Shown in pieces: positions 1-8,200 of a stretch of 64,000 nucleotides of DNA; position 1 is the stretch's first letter, and the number at the start of each line of letters is the position of its first letter. Under the pieces are notes generated by a model. The model made no database searches and had not been told where the DNA came from. It saw only the letters and a list, made by a program, of their open reading frames with translations. A program made the translations under genes and the position numbers. This stretch comes from an uncultured archaeon (GTDB lineage Archaea > Thermoplasmatota > Penumbrarchaeia > JASLWR01): NCBI GenBank assembly GCA_964342815.1, contig CAYFHS010000011.1, positions 57,938-121,937 on the forward strand, written 5' to 3'.

Positions 1-2782
1 CTATTGGCGGCGAGTTTTCCATGGCAACATCGATCTTCGAGATGTGGACAGTTATGGTAAACTCGCTCTTTTGTGCTTCTATTTCCAGATATTTGCAGGC
101 GATATTGGAGCCAGTTCCAGATAATTCAATTGAATCGGATAGACCCACTGCACCAACCACCCCGCCGTTGTCCCAACCAAAGTAATCGCCACCGGGACTG
201 CCGATCTCAGATATTTCGCCGGTCCCTTCTTCGAGAATGGCGGCAAGATCGGGGGAGAATGAGAAGCGAATCCCCAAACCACCCTCTATTCCCCGGGTCA
301 GCGAATAATGCGCGATTATTTTATTTCCGTTCAATCTCATGGTCTTTGATATGCCTTCATACGAGAATGTCACGGTCCCCGCTTCAGCATCAGTATGGGA
401 CTGGTAAATGTCGTTCTCGCTCCCCATGTCGCTGAATGAAAAGGTCTTGCTGCCTTCGAGGTATTCTTCTCCCGGGGTTTCGGCAGCACCCATATTATCG
501 CCGTTGTAATGACTGTTTGTTGTGGTAGACGTGACGGCATCGGTCATAGCATCCCCCTCGTCTAGCCAGCCCGTAGGTGTATTTCCCACTATCTGATGGC
601 CAAGAGAGTCGAAGGCATAGGCGAGCTTGCCGCCCCTCTCCTCAAAAACTGTATAAATAAATTCATTTGATATTATATATTCATTTGCCCCGTCCAGATC
701 CACGTCTACGACAGAAATTTCGGTACTCTTGGAAGTGGATTCAAACCACTCATTGGCGTAATAATAAACGGCGGCGCATCGGACATGGGCCGCCTGCTCT
801 TTCTGCCAGTATGGTATATAAATGTCGGGCCATTCACCCTCAAACCACGCCGTCTCGTACAGGCCGTTACAGAATGTCTTCATGGCCAGTTCATACAGAG
901 GACTTTCGTTCTGGATATGTGAAATCAGGGCCCATGTATCCCCAAGAATGGTTCCGGGAGTGGAGTGGTCGCCCATCTTCATGGTGCAGTCCTTCGGAAT
1001 GAAATCATAATAGGAATCGTGAGTGATCTCGTTTTCCGGGTCATAATACCAGGCATCATACATGTTGCCGGAGTTGTCTTTATGGTTAAGGCTACCGGTC
1101 TTTCCCGAGAGCCAGAAATAGCTGCAGTCATCCACGTCGACGGTGCCTTCCGGGGTCCAATCCAGAAAATTTTCCATAGGCTGGGCCGAGATCCAGGGAT
1201 GTGTGGCGATCCATGCAATTGTGTTCTCGTAGCGGTCCACAGATTCGGCACCGCCCCACAGAGGTATGTTGCCGCAGGTCTTTTCCCAGTCGTCCATGTA
1301 CAGTGAATACTGTTCCTGGTCGGGACTTTGTGCAAGGGTAATAAAACTCTCCCGAAGGCCGAAAGCAAGTCCACCATCGTGATTGTTGTGAAACTGTTCC
1401 TGGACGTTTCCGGGGGCGCTTCCCCTTCCCCTGTTGCTGATGAAAAGAAGTTTCAGGCCGTTATCTTCCTCGTAGAGCTTGTGCTCGTTTACATATCCTT
1501 CGGGTTCCCCATACCAGATAAAGCCGTCCTCCGTGTCAACCATCACGGCCTCATAGCCGCCTTTTTTGACCAGGGTCTCGTAGCCGTCCCAGAAAACCCT
1601 TTCCGGCATCCAGCAGAACGGTAACGCAGAGTCGTTGTAATAATATTCTATCATGTCTCTTGCGTAATCCATACTCCATAGGTTCACGGATTCCGGCAGG
1701 TACTGGGGTATGTACTCGTCATAGAATCCGCCCACCATATGAACGATATCGTCGTCCACCAACGACCGTAGAAAATCGTTGAAACCGGGGTCGAACCACT
1801 GGGCACCCTCGGCAAGGGTTCCTGACACATGAAGATTCACAGGTACGCCCCATTTCTCGTGTATCTCAGGGACTCGTACAAAACCGAGACCCGAGGAATC
1901 CCTTATGAAATCCTTTACGTTCTTCAGGAACTGATTTCCGTGGTGGAAAATGCCGAGTTTTGCCGTTCCCCTGGTACCGGGATTTTCCCTTGATACAGTA
2001 CCATTGATGTAACCGTCCTCCCACGGCAGACAATCAGGTACGGCATCGACGACGTCTGCCTTATCGGCGATCTCGCCTGCGCCGCCATTGGTGCCGTCCT
2101 TGGTGGTAAAGAATTGAAAATTTATCTCCGCTGGATGAATATATCCGTTGTCTGCAAGTGCGGACATGTCCAGAGCGAACTCCACGGAATCATACTGGCT
2201 GTGATATTTGGCATCTAAGAAGGTGGAATTGTGCGTGGACCAGTCCGGATAGTAGACGGCATAATGCGAAGCGTCGTACAGGGCTACCGCAAGCTCCCAG
2301 GGGCTGTCTGTCCTGCACTCGATATAATCGGGGAGCCATTCCTGGCCTCCCGGGGCGAAATCCAGTAATATATAAATGTCGAGATATGCGGCCTCGGCTT
2401 CGTATTCGAGGTCCAGAAGGTCCGCTCTCAGGTAGAGCGTTTCGGTGTTTGCTCTTGCGTAGCACGCTAGCAGATCGCGGCTGTTGTCCTTGCCGTCTTC
2501 GAGGTTGTAGCGGTCTGTTAGGGAAGGGTCCAGTGAGATGAGATCGTCGTAGGTCCAGTCGCGGAAATCGCCATCGATGGAAATGTTATTACCGTTTCTA
2601 TGTATGTCACCTGAATCATCCATTTCAGACGGCGGCATATCGGATGCGGATGTGTAGAAAATATTCGGGCGGACGAAGGATGCAGGGCTGCTTCGGTCCG
2701 GGGCCGAAATACCCAATGTTCCAACCAGGAGAAACAGGATCACCCCAACGGCAAAGAAACGGATGAAACAATTTCCGGTCAA
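1..2782 (-). CDS. Secreted glycoside hydrolase family 57 (amylopullulanase/alpha-amylase-like); 3' end runs off the window
   Basis: Not in the ORF track because it is open to the left edge; translated by hand. The TTG start at 2782 overlaps the malK stop (TTGA). Signal peptide (FIRFFAVGVILFLLVGTLGISA), an N-terminal DOMON/CBM9-like segment, and GH57-type motifs HHGNQ, VNLHVSGTL, CWMPERVFWD, HKLY. The frame was open in the blocks I checked down to base 2. Confidence 0.8.
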   Translation of the reverse strand, partial: MTGNCFIRFFAVGVILFLLVGTLGISAPDRSSPASFVRPNIFYTSASDMPPSEMDDSGDIHRNGNNISIDGDFRDWTYDDLISLDPSLTDRYNLEDGKDNSRDLLACYARANTETLYLRADLLDLEYEAEAAYLDIYILLDFAPGGQEWLPDYIECRTDSPWELAVALYDASHYAVYYPDWSTHNSTFLDAKYHSQYDSVEFALDMSALADNGYIHPAEINFQFFTTKDGTNGGAGEIADKADVVDAVPDCLPWEDGYINGTVSRENPGTRGTAKLGIFHHGNQFLKNVKDFIRDSSGLGFVRVPEIHEKWGVPVNLHVSGTLAEGAQWFDPGFNDFLRSLVDDDIVHMVGGFYDEYIPQYLPESVNLWSMDYARDMIEYYYNDSALPFCWMPERVFWDGYETLVKKGGYEAVMVDTEDGFIWYGEPEGYVNEHKLYEEDNGLKLLFISNRGRGSAPGNVQEQFHNNHDGGLAFGLRESFITLAQSPDQEQYSLYMDDWEKTCGNIPLWGGAESVDRYENTIAWIATHPWISAQPMENFLDWTPEGTVDVDDCSYFWLSGKTGSLNHKDNSGNMYDAWYYDPENEITHDSYYDFIPKDCTMKMGDHSTPGTILGDTWALISHIQNESPLYELAMKTFCNGLYETAWFEGEWPDIYIPYWQKEQAAHVRCAAVYYYANEWFESTSKSTEISVVDVDLDGANEYIISNEFIYTVFEERGGKLAYAFDSLGHQIVGNTPTGWLDEGDAMTDAVTSTTTNSHYNGDNMGAAETPGEEYLEGSKTFSFSDMGSENDIYQSHTDAEAGTVTFSYEGISKTMRLNGNKIIAHYSLTRGIEGGLGIRFSFSPDLAAILEEGTGEISEIGSPGGDYFGWDNGGVVGAVGLSDSIELSGTGSNIACKYLEIEAQKSEFTITVHISKIDVAMENSPPI

Positions 2783-3906
2783 TACACTGCCCTCCCTTTG
2801 TTGTCGAACACATGCCCTTTCTTGCTGGCCAGTTTTATTTGGCACGTATCTCCTATGGCAAAACCAAGGTCGGCATTCACCTCGGCGCATATTTCGGTAT
2901 CTCCCGTGCGGATAAAAATATAATCTTTGCTGCCCAGGGCTTCCAGCCCGAAAACGGTTCCGGGTATATTTCCTTCTGGAGATTCGCCTGTTTCAGGAAC
3001 TGCAATAACGTTTTCGGGACGTATTCCGTAACTTGCGTCGGTGGAGCTGAGTTTTGCCTCGTAAACCGCCTTGGCAACATTCAGGGGCAGATCGAATTTT
3101 TGTTGTTCAAACTCGAAAAAATATCCTTGTGAGTGCGGGGTCAGGCTACCGTGAATGATGTTCATTGCCGGGCTGCCTATAAAGGTGGCAACGAATGAAT
3201 CCGCCGGTTTATTGTATGTGCTAAGCGGCGGCGCGTACTGTTTGAGTAAACCTTTATCGATGATGGCGATCTTGTCCGCAAGGGTCATGGCTTCCATCTG
3301 GTCGTGTGTAACATAGATTATCGTGGCGCCCAGCTTTTTGTGAAGCCTTTTCAACTCCTGTCTCATTTTGGTGCGCAGCTTTGCGTCGAGGTTGGAGAGA
3401 GGTTCGTCCATGAGGAAAACGGTGGGATTCCGCACGAGAGAGCGCCCGAGAGCCACCCGCTGCCTCTGTCCGCCGCTGAGCTGTTTCGGCTTTTTTTGTA
3501 ACTGGTCGCTTATTCCAAGCAGTTCGGCGGCATCGTTCACGCGTTTTTCGATCTCACGCTTTGGGTAGCGTTTTTTCCGCTTTCCCTCGACGAAATATCC
3601 TGCTCTGAGGGCGAAGGCCATGTTGTCGAATACTGTCATATGCGGGTACAAAGCATAGCTCTGGAAGACCATTGCGATGTTGCGGTCTCGCGGTTCGAGA
3701 TCGGTAACGTCTCGGCCGTCGATATATATTCTACCCTTGGTGGGAGTCTCCAGTCCCGCCACCATCCGCAGGGTAGTGGATTTCCCGCAGCCCGAGGGAC
3801 CCACCAGAACCACGAAACTGCCGTCCTCGATAACCAGATCAACGTCGTTAACCGCGTGAAATTTACCGTAGCTCTTTGTAACGTGTTCCAGTACAACTTT
3901 GGCCAT
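2779..3906 (-). CDS. malK: Sugar ABC transporter ATP-binding protein (MalK/MsmK/UgpC family)
   Basis: Walker A GPSGCGKST, signature LSGGQRQRVALGR, LMDEPLSNLDAKLR, YVTHDQ, C-terminal TOBE domain. Start set at ATG 3906 behind SD AGGTG(TGAT); the track starts at 3972. Confidence 0.93.
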   Translation of the reverse strand: MAKVVLEHVTKSYGKFHAVNDVDLVIEDGSFVVLVGPSGCGKSTTLRMVAGLETPTKGRIYIDGRDVTDLEPRDRNIAMVFQSYALYPHMTVFDNMAFALRAGYFVEGKRKKRYPKREIEKRVNDAAELLGISDQLQKKPKQLSGGQRQRVALGRSLVRNPTVFLMDEPLSNLDAKLRTKMRQELKRLHKKLGATIIYVTHDQMEAMTLADKIAIIDKGLLKQYAPPLSTYNKPADSFVATFIGSPAMNIIHGSLTPHSQGYFFEFEQQKFDLPLNVAKAVYEAKLSSTDASYGIRPENVIAVPETGESPEGNIPGTVFGLEALGSKDYIFIRTGDTEICAEVNADLGFAIGDTCQIKLASKKGHVFDNKGRAVY

Positions 3907-4147
3907 ATGATCACACCTGCCGAAGGGACGAATCCCGAGTGTAAACGCGCAGTAATATAAAATAATTGTCATGGGGCGGTGTTGGATAAGTTGGGAAAAA
4001 CACTATTCAAGATTAGTAAATATTTTCTGACGATAGCAACGTTCCAAAATACATTGTGACACTAATATCAATGAAAAGGATTAATACATTTTCTCAATCA
4101 ATCTAATTATGTATTAGATCGATAATTTTCAGAGATCATCATTGAAT

Positions 4148-5023
4148 TTAGAGGATTCTACGCTGTTTAACAACAATTAGAACCATAATAACAAGAATGA
4201 CCCAAAGCAATAACGACAGATCAAATCCCGGTGTCTCTTCCTGTTTATCGGGTTTGTCATTCGAATCATCATCGCTATCATCATCCGAAGGGGTACTATC
4301 ATCGTTATCCTCATCGGAATCGTCATCCTCTCCTGTGTTATCATCGGGCAAATCCTCAACTTCGTATTTATCGGGGATACCATCTTCATTCGAGTCCCTT
4401 AAAAGCGGGACCTTCACGTAACTGGACCCATCAGTGAATATAAAGATATCATGGCGACGTTGCTGAACGCTAATACCCAGCTGCACTTCGATGGTAAGGA
4501 TTAGGTAATTATCTATCATCTCCTTGTCCAGGGTAAATGAACAATAATACATATCGGTCCCGTTTTCTTTGACATCGGTAGTGCCTCCACGAGGTTCCTG
4601 CTTTATCGTACTTGCCTGGATGGATTCATTATATGTTTTGTTTACCTCATGTAATCGAACATTCCAACTATTGATCTCATTAGGTGTAGAAAGATGGATG
4701 AAAACTTCACACAGCGATGACGTATTCAGGTACAACTTACCGTATTCGGCGTCGCTGTTGTGACCTCCGTAGGGTTGAAATGCCAGTTCAAATCTTCCGG
4801 AGGGCACTAGGAGCGCCGACTCGTTATAATGATATTCGGGCGTTATCACATTTTCATCATCTACATCGAGGAAATGGTCCGGGGCCGCATTTTCATCATA
4901 CAGTAAATAAAGATTGTCACTGTCAAATTGTCCGTTTACGATTCCTGCGGCGGCATCCACGGAATCTATTGATACGAACAATGCAATTATCAGGCATATT
5001 ACAGAATAATATACTATTTTCAT
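4148..5023 (-). CDS. Secreted protein with acidic linker and PGF-CTERM-like sorting signal
   Basis: N-terminal signal peptide, D-rich linker, C-terminus TPGF + hydrophobic helix + KQRR. Confidence 0.8.
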   Translation of the reverse strand: MKIVYYSVICLIIALFVSIDSVDAAAGIVNGQFDSDNLYLLYDENAAPDHFLDVDDENVITPEYHYNESALLVPSGRFELAFQPYGGHNSDAEYGKLYLNTSSLCEVFIHLSTPNEINSWNVRLHEVNKTYNESIQASTIKQEPRGGTTDVKENGTDMYYCSFTLDKEMIDNYLILTIEVQLGISVQQRRHDIFIFTDGSSYVKVPLLRDSNEDGIPDKYEVEDLPDDNTGEDDDSDEDNDDSTPSDDDSDDDSNDKPDKQEETPGFDLSLLLWVILVIMVLIVVKQRRIL

Positions 5024-5251
5024 GGGATTCCTCGTTTCGTTTGGTGAACGTACTATGGTACTATGTTTTTGTTATTATATAAGAATAGTGTAAATTTTAG
5101 TTATTATCTCGACAATTTCGCATAACTATGATATAAACGGACTGGTAGGATTTCACTCGTCCAAGTAGCATTCAAGCTCAGTAAATCCATCGTTGCTAGG
5201 CGTTATTCACCCAGCATCGATACCGCTTCGGTGAACCTTATTGCTACGAAA

Positions 5252-8200
5252 CTAACCCAACTCATCCATCAGGTCATCGAAATCTATCTCATCGGACGGT
5301 GGAGCTTCAGGTGGCGGAGGAGTGTCCGACGGTTCCGCTGCCGGTTCTTGTTCGATCGAAGTCGGCGGCGAGCTTTCTTCACCCCACTCATCCTCTCCGA
5401 TCTCATCCGCTTCTATTGAATTCTCGGTCATGTCGAACATTTCCTCCTCCAGTTCTTCCTCGAGAGCATCTGCCGGGTTTTCATCCACTTCACCCCAATC
5501 ACTTCCCGTGTCTCCCCCGGGTTTGTCCGTTGCTTCCTCGAAAACAAGCTCGGAACTTTCTTCGGGAATGTCCGGCTCCGCTTTCACTTCTGGTTCTTGT
5601 TCCGGGGGTTGGGCCATACCTTTCTCCACCGTTATTTCTTCCTTCACTTCCGGTTCCTCGAAAGCGTCCACAGGGATCTCTTCGATAATCTCGTTTCCCG
5701 GTGAATCCTCCTCCTTCGGTATTTTCACCGTCGTTTCATCATTTATCACTTCCCGGTCGGGTGAATCATCAGCCTGTGGGGCATGGTCCGCTTCTCCCGG
5801 CTCCTCCGTTTGGCTAACTTCACCCATTGGATATTCTGCCATTGGCATCATGGGCGGCTGCATGCCTTCCCAATATTTGTATTTCTTCTTTTTGTGCTTC
5901 TTCTTCATCTTCTTTCTTCTCTTATCGAAGAGGTCCTTCAACTTTATTGCCTCTCGGACGTCCACCACGCCGCCGTTTATCATGAGGTCCGCACGTGAAT
6001 CCCAGAAACGGTCGATCTCTTTACGAGTCTCGGCCGCTTCGATTCCGTTTTTCATAAAATGGTACCTGCGCCATTTCCAGAGCTGACCTAAAACCAGCAG
6101 ACCGATCAGTATCGGGCTCGACAATCCCAGCACTTCAAGGAAGTTAAAAATATATTTCGTAGGCAGTTTGTAGCTGAAAAGCTGGATCCAACCGCTTTCG
6201 GCGTCCTTCGGATACCTGTCGTCCTCGTCCGGGATCCCATCATTGTCATCGTCGGGGTCCGCATTATCGCCAGTGCCGTCCTTGTCGAAATCACCGGATT
6301 CCTGTGGGTCCTCGGAGAACAATAGCGACCGGTTCGTCCCGTAAGCGTCGAAGCTGTAACCTGCAGGTTCATCCATGTCCGGCACACCGTCGTTGTCATC
6401 GTCGCTGTCTTCATTATTACCAAGGCCGTCGCCATCCGTGTCCTTAGATTCGTTGGCATTGTACGGGAAGGCATCGAGATAATTTACTACCTCATCGCCA
6501 TCGATATCCTGGTCTGTGTTGTCACCCACTCCGTCGCCATCCGTGTCGATTATCTCCCGTGGATTCAGCGGGAAAAGATCCATGTCATCGGATATATTGT
6601 CATTGTCGTCATCCGTATCGGCATTGTCGCCCACGAGATCGCCGTCCGTATCCTGCCATTCGTTGGGATCGGTGGGGAACGGATCCGATGTGTCGGGAAT
6701 GAGATCATTGTCGTCATCTGTATCGTAGGAATCCGGGACCAGATCACCGTCCGTGTCCAGAGGTGTCGATAAGGAACTTGTGTAATCCGTCTTCTCCGCT
6801 ATCTCCAGGGCATCCGAATAACCGTCGTTGTCATCGTCTGTGTCGCTGTTGTCGCCTATTCCGTCGCCGTCATTGTCGGCCCATTCGTTCGGATTCTTCG
6901 GAAACGCGTCATTGATGTCACTGGTGTTATCGTTGTCGTCGTCGGTATCGGCGTTATCCCCTATTCCGTCGCCGTCGAAGTCCGACCGCTCGGTCCGGTC
7001 ATAGGGAAATGCGTCATCATCATTCAGAACCCCGTCGTTATCATTGTCGTTATCCAGTGTATCGGGAATTCCGTCACTGTCTGCATCCGGCGGCGTGGAA
7101 TTGCTGTCCAGGGGATCGTACCCCGCGCTGGTTTCCATAATATCGCTGATATTGTCGTTATCGTCGTCATCATCGCGGTTGTCACCCACTCCGTCACCGT
7201 CGAAATCCTCCCATTCGTAGGGATCGTCCACGAAGATATCGCTGTTATCGCCGTGCCCGTCATTGTCCGTATCGTTCCATTCGGTACCATCGAATGGGAA
7301 TGCGTCACCATTGTCCCCGTAACCGTCCTTATCACTGTCCATCCATTCATAGGGATTTTTCGGAAAACGGTCAGAATTATCGCCGTAACCGTCGCTGTCG
7401 GTATCTTTCCATTCGTTCCGATTCTGCGGGAATGCATCGCTGTTGTCCCCCACTCCATCGCCGTCGCTGTCCCTCCACTCGCCCGGATTATTCAAGAATT
7501 GGTCGCCATTATCGCCATGTCCATCACCATCGGTGTCGTTCCATTCGTTCTCGTCGAAAGGAAACGCATCCCCGTTGTCGCCGTATCCATCGCTATCGCT
7601 GTCCATCCACTCGTAGGGATTCGCAGGGAAAAGATCGCTATTGTCCCCGTGTCCATCGCTATCGCTGTCCCTCCATTCGTTGATGTCCTGGGGGAATGCA
7701 TCTCTGTTATCACCCACTCCATCCCCATCCGAATCCAGCCACTCGGTGGGATCCAGCGGGAAAACATCGCCGTTATCTCCATGTCCGTCACCGTCGGTGT
7801 CATTCCATTCACCACCATCGAAAGGGAATGCATCCCCGTTATCACCGTAACCATCGCTATCACTGTCCATCCATTCAAAGGGATTCGCTGGATACAGATC
7901 GCTGTTATCTCCATGTCCGTCGCTGTCTGTATCGTTCCACTCTGTGTTGTTGTACGGGAACATATCTCTGTTATTACCGTATCCGTCGTTATCGCTATCC
8001 ACCCATTCCAGGGGATCAACCGGGAAAACATCGGAATTATCTCCGTGTCCGTCGTAATCGGTGTCATTCCATTCGCTATTGTTGTAAGGGAACATGTCCC
8101 TGTTGTTACCGTATCCGTCGTTATCGCTGTCCACCCATTCCAGTGGGTCCGTCGGGAAAACATCGGCATTATCCCCATGTCCGTCGTAATCGGTATCATT

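Noticed and set aside
5038-5054. GTTTGGTGAACGTAC resembling the start of the 61577 family-2 unit
   Set aside because: The second half of the palindrome (GGGTCACC) is absent; probably chance.
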